This document shows, in pieces, positions 54,987-63,946 of a DNA stretch of 64,000 bases (positions are counted from its first letter, which is position 1; each line of letters begins with the position of its first letter). The stretch lies in sequence record MZ475893.1; one strand, written 5' to 3'. Under the pieces are notes generated by a model. The model was not told the DNA's origin and ran no database searches. It saw nothing but the letters and a program-made list of their open reading frames with translations. Position numbers and translations under genes: made by a program.

Positions 54987-57014
54987 ATGGCGAAAACGCC
55001 TAAAGCCGCAAAAGTCAAAAAGGGTGACGGCTCCCAAGATGGCTTCACTATCGCAGAAGGCCTCGACGGGATTCGACTAAACCCTGGCATGTACATGGGT
55101 CAACAGGGTGCGGACATGGCGTATCGCGCTGTGAAAGAACCTGTGGACAATGACTACGATGAATACATCGCAGGTCGTAACAAGTTGATCGAAGTGGTCA
55201 TTGATTACGATAGCGACCTGAACATCGTAGCTGACCAAGCAGGCGGCATTCCTACCGACTTCAAGAAACTGAAAGACGGTACGAAAGAAACGATCATGAC
55301 CGCAGCGTTTAGCCGTGTTCATGCGGGTGGTAAATTCAACGATCAGGCATATAAGACCTCTGCTGGTACACACGGTGTAGGTGTAGCTGCACTGAACGCA
55401 ATCTCCAGTCAGTTGCGTGTGTGGTCAATGTACAAAGGCAGTTGCGCTTATCAGATGTGGCAGTGCGGCGAAGTCAAGTCTGGCAAAGACCCTAAGAAAG
55501 TCAAGACCATCGACAAAGACGTTATGAGCCTGCTGCGCGATAAGAAGCACAGCAAGTACGGTACTGTGGTAGCGTGGACGCTTGACCAGACTGTTGTGTC
55601 TGCTGATGCACAGCGTGGTAAGAAGCTGCCTAAGAACTATCGCCACGCTGCTCCTAATCCAGCTCAGCTTGGTGAGTGGCTGCGTAACATGTCAATGCTC
55701 AACCCAGGCCTTGAGATTCGCCTGACGTTGATCAAGAAGGGCAAGCGCAAAGAGTTCACGTTCATCAACAAGAAAGACCTGAACTATGTTGTGAAGACTA
55801 TGTGTGAAGAACGCGAGCTGGGAACTGTCGGCAAGCCGTTCATCTTCAAGTCTGACAATATCACGGCTGCGCTTGCTTGGACAGATCATGCAGACACTGA
55901 CAACTTCCTCAGTTTCGTTAACACCAGCCCAACAGTTGACGGCGGGTGGCACGTTGTAGGTTTCCGTGATGCGCTGTTTGATGCCATCAAGCCTTTCATG
56001 AAAGAGCCGAAAGGTAAGGGCAAGAAGAAGAAGCAGGGCTTCAAGCAAGAAGACTTGTTAATTGGCCTGACAGGTATGTTCGACTGGCGTATGCACGGTG
56101 CTCAGTACACCTCGCAGGTAAAAGACAAGCTGGCCAGCCGCGTCGAGAAAGACGTGTACGAAATGCTGAAAGATGCTTTCGTGAAATACTTCAAGGACAA
56201 TAAGAAGGTCGCTACGACAATCATCAAGCGTGCCGAAGCGATGAACAAGGGACGTGAAGAACTCAGCGCCGTCGTTAAGTCTATGGCTGATACGAAGAAG
56301 AAGCTGAAAGGCAACGCACTGCCTGCTGACCTCGTTGTCGCAAACAAGTGTAAGCCGCATGAGCGCGAGCTTGTCGTGGTGGAAGGGGATTCTGCTGGTG
56401 GTACTGCGAAAGATGCGCGTAACCCTGACTATCAGGAAGTTATGAAAGCTGGTGGTAAGCCTCTGAACGGTCTGAAAGCAAGTCTGGCTGACGTACTCAA
56501 GCACAAAGAAGTGCAGGGCATGCTGGTGAGTATCGGTGCTGACCTGAAGTCGCTTGACCCGAAAGCAGAAGCACCTAAGTTGAGCACAAAGAATCTGCGT
56601 ATCGGCAACATCCTGTTCCTTGCTGATGCTGACCCAGATGGCTTCCATATCAACGTGCTGTTCCTAGGCGTTATCTATCGCTTGCTGCCTGACTTGATGA
56701 AAGAAGGTCGTGTGTGGATTGTTGACGCACCGCTGTATAACGTTATTCATCAGGGCAAACACTACGGTGGTATGACGTTTGAAGAATGCCGTGCTAAAGC
56801 GCCGTCTGCTGTAAAAGACAAAGACATTGTACGCGCTAAAGGTTGGGGTGAAGTTGAACCTGACGTGCTTGAAGCAATCGCGTTCAATCCGAAAACTCGT
56901 CGTCTCATTCGTGTTAACCCGTTTGAGAACGTTGAGCAGGAGCGGTTCTTTAGAGGTGTAGTTGCAGAAGATGCAGTTCACCGTCGTCGCTTGCTTGGTC
57001 TGGAGGCAGCATAA
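54987..57014 (+). CDS. gyrB: type IIA topoisomerase subunit B (GyrB/ParE-like)
   Basis: IRLNPGMYMG, EPVDNDYDE, DQAGGIP, HAGGKF, GTHGVG, VEGDSAGG, DADPDG. Confidence 0.95.
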   Translation: MAKTPKAAKVKKGDGSQDGFTIAEGLDGIRLNPGMYMGQQGADMAYRAVKEPVDNDYDEYIAGRNKLIEVVIDYDSDLNIVADQAGGIPTDFKKLKDGTKETIMTAAFSRVHAGGKFNDQAYKTSAGTHGVGVAALNAISSQLRVWSMYKGSCAYQMWQCGEVKSGKDPKKVKTIDKDVMSLLRDKKHSKYGTVVAWTLDQTVVSADAQRGKKLPKNYRHAAPNPAQLGEWLRNMSMLNPGLEIRLTLIKKGKRKEFTFINKKDLNYVVKTMCEERELGTVGKPFIFKSDNITAALAWTDHADTDNFLSFVNTSPTVDGGWHVVGFRDALFDAIKPFMKEPKGKGKKKKQGFKQEDLLIGLTGMFDWRMHGAQYTSQVKDKLASRVEKDVYEMLKDAFVKYFKDNKKVATTIIKRAEAMNKGREELSAVVKSMADTKKKLKGNALPADLVVANKCKPHERELVVVEGDSAGGTAKDARNPDYQEVMKAGGKPLNGLKASLADVLKHKEVQGMLVSIGADLKSLDPKAEAPKLSTKNLRIGNILFLADADPDGFHINVLFLGVIYRLLPDLMKEGRVWIVDAPLYNVIHQGKHYGGMTFEECRAKAPSAVKDKDIVRAKGWGEVEPDVLEAIAFNPKTRRLIRVNPFENVEQERFFRGVVAEDAVHRRRLLGLEAA

Positions 57015-57268
57015 TGGTTAAAAGTGAAAACCTATCCATCGGAACGCAAGTTCGTTTTCTCGATATGCCTGTCTTTCAGCACCCGCCAATGACCGAAGAG
57101 CAACGCAAGCAGTATGAAGCGTTAATGGCAAAAGGTCGTGAGTTGTCGAAAAACGTTACCGTATCTGCATTCAGTGTAGTTGACGGTAAGCCTGCTGAGC
57201 GTGTGCAGGTGCAGATGAGTCGCACAACTCTCGATAAGATTAATGCGATGCACTCAGGAGATCAGTAA
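57014..57268 (+). CDS. small hypothetical protein
   Basis: GGAGG RBS, TAATG coupling. Confidence 0.7.
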   Translation: MVKSENLSIGTQVRFLDMPVFQHPPMTEEQRKQYEALMAKGRELSKNVTVSAFSVVDGKPAERVQVQMSRTTLDKINAMHSGDQ

Positions 57269-57507
57269 TGCTCAAGGGTAAGAAAGTAAATAAAGCACCG
57301 TCGCGTGCTTCACGAATCTTTCCTGTGGTCGCAGGTACAGAACACTGGCCAATCCCGCTGTTCGATATGCCTGACTTTCATATCAACATGAGCGAGGAGC
57401 AGAAAGCTCGTCTTGATTCTGCTATGGCTAACGTCACGCAACACATTAAAGATAGTCCTTACAACGGGAAGCGATTCTTTACTGTTCCTGGAGATGCGCA
57501 TGAATAA
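57268..57507 (+). CDS. small hypothetical protein, paralogue of previous
   Basis: AGGAG RBS; shared DMP.F...M.EEQ motif. Confidence 0.7.
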   Translation: MLKGKKVNKAPSRASRIFPVVAGTEHWPIPLFDMPDFHINMSEEQKARLDSAMANVTQHIKDSPYNGKRFFTVPGDAHE

Positions 57508-57739
57508 GTTCCAGCGTCACATTAAATCTCTGCCTGAATCTGGTGCCAGCTTTCAGCAAGCAGCACCGCTCGGCCGTACTGTCATAACACATTCAGCGGG
57601 TATAACACGCGGTGTAACTCGCATGGCTTATCCTCAGTTGCAGCAAATCCCGCGCAACTTATCGGGCCTGAATGATGTGAACGTTCGTCGCATCGATATT
57701 AACTTGGGTGAAAACGTTTTCATCCAGACGCATTCGTAA
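57500..57739 (+). CDS. small hypothetical protein
   Basis: GGAG RBS before ATG 57500. Confidence 0.65.
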   Translation: MNKFQRHIKSLPESGASFQQAAPLGRTVITHSAGITRGVTRMAYPQLQQIPRNLSGLNDVNVRRIDINLGENVFIQTHS

Positions 57740-57748
57740 GAGGCTGGC

Positions 57749-59410
57749 ATGCCAATCAAACCTAAGAAAGTCAAAGCGGCCAAAGCAGTTAAGCCTGCTA
57801 AAGCGACCGCTGTAGCGAAGCCGCTTAAAGTCAAAGTGAAATCGAAAGCCGTTTCTGTCGATGACATTAAGACAAAGAAAAAGTCGAAAGAAGTTGCCAC
57901 AATGCAGACAGGCGCATCGCTCTATCCGATGATTGGTCAAGATGAATCGAACATTCGAGATCAGGGCCTCGCAGATTACACGCGCCACGCGCTGGGTGTA
58001 TACGGTTCTTACGTTGTTGAGGACCGTGCTATAGCTGACTATCGTGATGGCCTCAAGCCTGTGCACCGTGCGCTGCTGTGGTCGTTGTCTGATCTTAACT
58101 TGCGTCCTGGTGGTGCGTTCAAGAAGTCTGCGCGTACTGTTGGTGACACGATTGGTAAGTATCACCCGCACGGCGATGCTGCCTGTTACGGTGCGATGGT
58201 AACGATTGCAAACACAGTGCCACCAGCTGTTGCTGGTTCTGGTAACTGGGGTAGCCCTGTTGACCCTGCTGCTGCGATGCGTTATACCGAAGCGAAGATG
58301 AGTAAGTTCACGGGCACGTTCTTGCTCGACTCTGATTACTTAGAAGTTGTGCCGCGTGTGCCTAACTTCTCAAACGATCTTGAGCTGCCACTTTATCTGC
58401 CTGCACTGTTGCCGTACATGTTGTTCAATGGCTCTGTGCCTGCACCAGCGTACGGCGTCAAGTGTGGTAACCCGTCATTCAGCTTCACGTCCGTATCTAA
58501 AGTCGTGTGTGAGATGCTGAGCGGCAAAGAGTACACAGCGAAGACGCTTGCGAAGACGCTTGAGATTCGCCATGAGTTCGGCTGTATCGACGTTAGCTCT
58601 GACGAAGATATGTACCAGCTTATCTCAACAGGCCGCGGTAAAGTCACATACGAACCGCTGATTAAGATCGATGAGAAGTCGAAGACCATCACGATTCAAA
58701 CGTATGTGCCTGCTGGTATGTCCAACACTGCGGGTATCACGAAGAAGCTGGAGAAGATTTCTGAGTGGCCTGGCATTAGCTCCGCAGCAAACGCCAGCGG
58801 TAAGAAGAACAAGAACGCAGGTCCTTACGGTGCAGCGTTTGAGTTCCGCGTACGTGGCAGCGAAGACCAGTTGTACGAACTCGCCTCACGCATTCAGAAG
58901 GAGGTGACTGCGGGCGTCAACTACAATCTGGGCGTTACGATTCGTCGTGCTGATAAGCCGAACACCTTCAAGTATCTGAACTATCTGGATTACTTCAAGG
59001 CGTGGGTAGCGTATCGTATCAAACTCGAAACAGCCATGCTGAACAACAAGCTGGCTAAAGCAGAGAAAGCCCTGCACTTGCAGCAAGTATATCTGTGGGC
59101 GGTTGACAACATGAAGCAACTGCTGGCTGCTTTGCCTAAAGTGTTAGTCGCAGAAGACCCAGACAAAGCGCTGGCCAAAGCGTGCAAGATTCCAGTTGAA
59201 GATGCGAAGATCATCCTCGACCGTCAAGTGCGTAAGCTCGCCAAGCTGGAACGTGGTGGTCTGATTGCCAAAATCAAAGACATTAAGGAAGAGATTGCTG
59301 GTTATAAGGCAGGCTTGAAAGCGCCAGGCAAACATGCAGCACAGAGCACGGCTGCTAAAGTCAAAGCGTACATCAAATCACCTGATGACAAGCTGCCCGT
59401 AAGTCTTTGA
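57749..59410 (+). CDS. gyrA: type IIA topoisomerase subunit A (GyrA/ParC-like, no C-terminal pinwheel)
   Basis: DGLKPVHR, GKYHPHGD, AAMRYTE catalytic Tyr. Confidence 0.95.
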   Translation: MPIKPKKVKAAKAVKPAKATAVAKPLKVKVKSKAVSVDDIKTKKKSKEVATMQTGASLYPMIGQDESNIRDQGLADYTRHALGVYGSYVVEDRAIADYRDGLKPVHRALLWSLSDLNLRPGGAFKKSARTVGDTIGKYHPHGDAACYGAMVTIANTVPPAVAGSGNWGSPVDPAAAMRYTEAKMSKFTGTFLLDSDYLEVVPRVPNFSNDLELPLYLPALLPYMLFNGSVPAPAYGVKCGNPSFSFTSVSKVVCEMLSGKEYTAKTLAKTLEIRHEFGCIDVSSDEDMYQLISTGRGKVTYEPLIKIDEKSKTITIQTYVPAGMSNTAGITKKLEKISEWPGISSAANASGKKNKNAGPYGAAFEFRVRGSEDQLYELASRIQKEVTAGVNYNLGVTIRRADKPNTFKYLNYLDYFKAWVAYRIKLETAMLNNKLAKAEKALHLQQVYLWAVDNMKQLLAALPKVLVAEDPDKALAKACKIPVEDAKIILDRQVRKLAKLERGGLIAKIKDIKEEIAGYKAGLKAPGKHAAQSTAAKVKAYIKSPDDKLPVSL

Positions 59411-59439
59411 AAATCTGTAAATAGACTATGATAAACTCT

Positions 59440-59491
59440 GCACTAAGTTGGACAGAAGCCGCTTGAGATTATTCTTAGTCTATGATATACT
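59440..59491 (+). promoter_or_regulatory. box promoter P13
   Basis: GCACTAAGTTGGACAGAAG-27 nt-TATACT, TG extension, TTGAGA at -35. Confidence 0.75.
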
Positions 59492-59764
59492 GGTACTGTT
59501 GATTGCAGACATTCTGACGAGGGTTTTCTGCAATCATGCCAGAAAAAGGAGGGTAGCGTATATAAGCAAAAGACGTAGCATAAGTTGGGATGAAAATTCG
59601 AGCCGAAAAGGCCGGACGCTGTTTCAAGATTGACCTCTGAAACGGCAAATATTATAATCGACCTACAGAATACTAATATGTAGTTGCAGCACATTAGTTT
59701 CGACGTGTCGCTAGGGCCAAGAGTACGGTCCTCAACTCTTTTATGAGAAGTTTGGAATCCGCAA

Positions 59765-61039
59765 ATGAAAAATCAGGTACACAACCTCAAAGCTGGTTTG
59801 AACGTAGTTGTCACCTCACTGACGGAACTGCGTTCTGGAAAAAACATGAAGCGCCAGCATGTTGTTGAAGTATTAGGTCAGCCGTCTTCCGTTTTGACTG
59901 ACCTCACAAAGGCATTGAAAAGTAATACCTTCAAGTCATATCCTGATGTACTCCAGTTGCGCGACTCAGTTCGTGCGACAAGCACTACCTGTCTTAACCT
60001 GTTAGAGCAAGTGGTATCTCGCCGTATCAAGCCACGCGATCTGATGGAAAAACTTGGTGAAGTTGTGAAGTCGTTTGAAGCCGACGTTAAGCTGGCTGAT
60101 TCGACCCTCGGGTATCTGCCTGAATCTCGTAAGACTCTCTCGCTCGATGACGTTGAGCGCGATGCTGATGGTAAGCTGAATCTCAAATCCTTGAATGCGG
60201 TCAGTGAAAAGATCTATGAGCAAGAGACGAACGATAAGGCGATACGTAGAGAGCAACGCGAAGACGCAGCGACAGTAAAGACCAGTCGTGTGCTCCAGCG
60301 TCTCAAAGAGTCGTATGCTCACAAAGTCCCAAGAACGTTCAATAAAGCCATTCAAATAATCCAATTGCCTGTGATGGCACGATTCGGTACGCTCGCTATG
60401 AGTCCTGAATCGCTGTCTAAAATGGGATTCAAAATTCAAACTGCTGGTCTGCACTCCACCCCGAGTTCTGACTTAGGTATTGTCTTTGAAAACCAGTTGC
60501 TGCTTTTCTTCCGTATGTCTGACGCTAAAGGCGTTGCAGAAGAAGCTGCAAAGAAACACAAGGACCTCGATGGAACTCTCGTAGAACGCAAACGCCTCCA
60601 GAAAGAAAGAAACGCAGAACGCCGCGACATTAAAAAGCTCAATCAGCTTTTGGCGGAAAACAAGTCACTCGTAGCCAAGCGCAAAATCCGTGAGCAAATT
60701 GCGGAAGCACAGGGCAACGTTGACGACATTACTGCGACTCTTGATGACATGGACCAAAAGGTGCGCTCATCGAACTCCAAAGAGCGTGTGTATCGTCAGA
60801 TGAAAACATCAAGCGATCACGCGATGCTGGATTACCTTAACCCTATCGTCGATATGCTCAACGAAAAAAGCAGTTCAACTCTCGGTCTGTTTACTACCAT
60901 GCCGTTACGCGGTGTCATGAAAGACGCTGATGTGCATTGCGCATGGCTCATGGAACAATCAGCTATTCGACTTCTGTTACGCCATTGCGGCGGTGACGTG
61001 AAGTTGCAGAACTGGTTCTTGCCGTGGACTAATGGCTAA
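59765..61039 (+). CDS. hypothetical protein with coiled coil (424 aa)
   Basis: Long ORF; start follows ~265-nt leader. Confidence 0.85.
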   Translation: MKNQVHNLKAGLNVVVTSLTELRSGKNMKRQHVVEVLGQPSSVLTDLTKALKSNTFKSYPDVLQLRDSVRATSTTCLNLLEQVVSRRIKPRDLMEKLGEVVKSFEADVKLADSTLGYLPESRKTLSLDDVERDADGKLNLKSLNAVSEKIYEQETNDKAIRREQREDAATVKTSRVLQRLKESYAHKVPRTFNKAIQIIQLPVMARFGTLAMSPESLSKMGFKIQTAGLHSTPSSDLGIVFENQLLLFFRMSDAKGVAEEAAKKHKDLDGTLVERKRLQKERNAERRDIKKLNQLLAENKSLVAKRKIREQIAEAQGNVDDITATLDDMDQKVRSSNSKERVYRQMKTSSDHAMLDYLNPIVDMLNEKSSSTLGLFTTMPLRGVMKDADVHCAWLMEQSAIRLLLRHCGGDVKLQNWFLPWTNG

Positions 61040-61571
61040 CGAAAATCGTTTACCAGCGGAAACAAAAGGTGCGTTAACACGGTGTATCATCTGCGGTCAG
61101 TTTAGCCGCGCGATTCACTACCACCATACTGTTCCCCGCTCACTGGGAGGCGAGCACTCGCTCCAAATCCCAATAGACGGTAACTGCCACACAACGCTCC
61201 ATGCGAAAGCAGAAGCTGTGGTAGCGCGTTTGGCCGGTAACCGTAAACAACCAATTGGTCAGTTCTGGGACGACCCAGATGCTGAGCAACGAGCTGAAAT
61301 GTGGCTAACGATTCTGGTAGATGCAATGCTTAATCCTCCAGTGCAGCCCGGACAGAAAGAAGTCCTGTTGCCGATGATTAAGGTTGATTTAGAAACCAGA
61401 CATGCGTTAGAATTGTTGAAGCGTGACACACCAGGCATAACAAACATGGGCCAAGTGTTGCGCTACTGTATTGAGACAACGTTAAAGGTTAAGGGGTTAA
61501 AAAATGGCAAATCAGAAAATCCGCACTCTGGACATCAAAGCACTCGTAAAAAGCGAGATGACCTGTGGTGA
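61032..61571 (+). CDS. HNH endonuclease-like protein
   Basis: CIICG..HYHHTVPRSLGG....IPIDGNCHTTLH. Confidence 0.75.
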   Translation: MANENRLPAETKGALTRCIICGQFSRAIHYHHTVPRSLGGEHSLQIPIDGNCHTTLHAKAEAVVARLAGNRKQPIGQFWDDPDAEQRAEMWLTILVDAMLNPPVQPGQKEVLLPMIKVDLETRHALELLKRDTPGITNMGQVLRYCIETTLKVKGLKNGKSENPHSGHQSTRKKRDDLW

Positions 61572-62367
61572 TTGCAGAGGGTTGACGCGGGATGCGTTAT
61601 TACCTACAGCGGAAAAACCATGTGCTACTCAAGGGCAGTTGCCAGATGCTAAGATCTGCAAACACTATCGCCCTGACAGCGCATCACTGACTACCTTAAT
61701 GTCTGAGAATGGCGATTCACTGATCGCTATGTTCAACACAGTCAAAGACTTTAGCACCAAAGACTTGCACGTTGTTGCTGGTCTGTTGTTACGTGAAGCG
61801 AAGACACGTAGCTACGGTGTGCGCATAGGTCAAGCTGTGTTCGTGCGCTATCAAGGCCGCGAGACGCGTAACTATCTCAACAACTTTATGGCAGCGCGTG
61901 TGCTTGACGTTGACGACGAAACGATTCGCCTTATTTCCGAGAAGGGTGACATTGTTCTGACTTACGCCAACACAGGGTTCTCTGGACCGTCTGTCTATTC
62001 TAAACAGCAATTCACCAAACTGCGCAAGGAGATGAAAGCCAGTGGTAAGTTGATCGATCCTGAACGTCAGATCAAGACTACGAAACGCATGTTACCTATG
62101 GAAGACAATGTTAGCTTCTCCGCACCAAGCTCGCTCGATGGCTTCTCAATCCCGATGATGGATGAAGTTGTCAAAGGCCGTGGTGCTAAGCGTAAGGGCA
62201 AGAAGACCAACACGCTGGTGGACATTGTGAGCATGATCGATAACGGTTATGACATGGGTGCAGAGCAAGACGAGTCTGGTGTTATGTCGCTGGGCAGTAA
62301 CAGCTACAAGAACAAAGGCAAGCGCATTCAGAAGGGCGCTGTCGAACTGTCTGACCTCGAAGGTTAA
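61504..62367 (+). CDS. hypothetical protein with 4-Cys N-terminal motif
   Basis: CGDC...C...C; AAGGGG upstream. Confidence 0.8.
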   Translation: MANQKIRTLDIKALVKSEMTCGDCRGLTRDALLPTAEKPCATQGQLPDAKICKHYRPDSASLTTLMSENGDSLIAMFNTVKDFSTKDLHVVAGLLLREAKTRSYGVRIGQAVFVRYQGRETRNYLNNFMAARVLDVDDETIRLISEKGDIVLTYANTGFSGPSVYSKQQFTKLRKEMKASGKLIDPERQIKTTKRMLPMEDNVSFSAPSSLDGFSIPMMDEVVKGRGAKRKGKKTNTLVDIVSMIDNGYDMGAEQDESGVMSLGSNSYKNKGKRIQKGAVELSDLEG

Positions 62368-62409
62368 TCTGAACAACTCTTACCATAATATACGATTAGG
62401 ATCTCGGAA

Positions 62410-63549
62410 ATGATCACAGAAGAAATCACTCTTAATGCTTACCTCTCACAGCGTCTGAACCTCGAAGAAGATTCAGAGCAATTCCGCCGAGTATACGCAG
62501 CCACGATCAAATATATTGGCAGCGGTTATAAGTCTATCGCAGGTTATCATCGTGACCTGCAATCCGAAGTAGATTTTAAGCAATTTGAGTTCACAGCGCC
62601 AGACTTGCGTATTGATATTTCTTCCGTATGTCGTTTTACTCTCAAGCTGCGTTTTTTCGTGCTGGCTGTATGCTTGCACAAGGACCCAAAAGAGATTGTT
62701 CAGAAGTATGCAGCGTATGGTCTCTCCAAGCGTGAGGCCGTGCTTGCATGGAATACATTGTTGAAAGAAGTCGCAGCCCGCACACAGATTCGTCGTATGG
62801 CCAAACAGAAGTCCAAGACTAAGGGCGGCCTTGATGTTACGATGGTTAGTAGTCGTGAGCTTCGTCTTCGCCTTGACCAGACAGCCAGCCTGTTTGCTGA
62901 ATTGCATCGCAGTGCGAAGCGTCTGGTCAGAAAGAATCTCATGTGGGTGAGCAAGAGCGAGAACATCCCTCTGCCAGATCTGACCTGTGACATTATGTGC
63001 AAGGTGCTGTTGTCGTATTATCAGTCTCTGCCTAATCGTTTCTCAGAAGCCCACCAGCTCAACTACCTGCGTGCGTCTCTGAACAACCGCATCAACAACA
63101 TGAACAACTACTACAGTGCAGACTGCCGCAAGCGTATGCACAAAGTGGGCGAAGACAAGTATGAGATTCTTGTTATGTCTGACAATCAGATGTGGCATAA
63201 TCCAGAAGATGATTCGTCTGCCTCGTATGAGGACCTGTTGGCTTCTGATGCGCGTGTTCATACCGAAGAGATGGAAAACAATCTGACTATTAATCGCCTT
63301 CTTGAGGAAGCTGAAGGCACTAAGCGCCACAAGCTGTACAGTACGGTGTTGGGCCGAGACTGTGCCGAGTTCACTGAGTACCTCCGTGACAACGGTATGC
63401 TCAAACAGACAATGACGTGTGCGACTCAATGGTTCATGGCTAAGCCCTACAAGTTCATTCGTAAGCATCTTGCGCAATGGCTTGAAGTGGCAGTTGAGAC
63501 GGTTAACGCCGGTCTGGTAACATTACGTGGTTCTTTGCAGGCAGCATGA
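62410..63549 (+). CDS. putative divergent RNA polymerase sigma-like factor
   Basis: LPDLTCDIMCKVLLSYY...LNYLRASLNNRINN resembles sigma region 2; weak. Confidence 0.4.
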   Translation: MITEEITLNAYLSQRLNLEEDSEQFRRVYAATIKYIGSGYKSIAGYHRDLQSEVDFKQFEFTAPDLRIDISSVCRFTLKLRFFVLAVCLHKDPKEIVQKYAAYGLSKREAVLAWNTLLKEVAARTQIRRMAKQKSKTKGGLDVTMVSSRELRLRLDQTASLFAELHRSAKRLVRKNLMWVSKSENIPLPDLTCDIMCKVLLSYYQSLPNRFSEAHQLNYLRASLNNRINNMNNYYSADCRKRMHKVGEDKYEILVMSDNQMWHNPEDDSSASYEDLLASDARVHTEEMENNLTINRLLEEAEGTKRHKLYSTVLGRDCAEFTEYLRDNGMLKQTMTCATQWFMAKPYKFIRKHLAQWLEVAVETVNAGLVTLRGSLQAA

Positions 63550-63938
63550 GAGGTCACCAATTAGATATGCAGCAGTCAATCATCAACACTGATTTAGAGC
63601 GCTCGGCTTTCGCTCTGTTCAGCCGTTCTCAGTTAGCTGAGGACTATAAGCGTACCGTATTGTATCTCGTGTATAAGACTGTAAATCGTAATGGCATGAT
63701 GCAGGTTAATCGCCTCATCTATGAACTCGGTCAGAAGTATGAACTCAACCGCGAAGATGTTAAGTCAGCTATCGGTGCACTCAAAGCTCCGTTCGCGTTT
63801 AACGCGCTGTCTGTGTTCGTGCCTCGTGCCGACGTTAAAACAAATCGAGTGTGTCGTACTAGCTCTAACCCTGCGATTGATAATTGGTTAGCAGAAGTAG
63901 AGCACAATTTCCCACACATCAGTCGTATGTTGCAGTAG
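63546..63938 (+). CDS. hypothetical protein, possible winged helix
   Basis: Coupled ATGA start. Confidence 0.7.
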   Translation: MRGHQLDMQQSIINTDLERSAFALFSRSQLAEDYKRTVLYLVYKTVNRNGMMQVNRLIYELGQKYELNREDVKSAIGALKAPFAFNALSVFVPRADVKTNRVCRTSSNPAIDNWLAEVEHNFPHISRMLQ

Positions 63939-63946
63939 GGGCGCAG

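Noticed and set aside
10299-59491. 19-bp box as CRISPR repeat, att site or transposon end
   Set aside because: Copies are dispersed, degenerate, on one strand and always at fixed distance from a -10 hexamer
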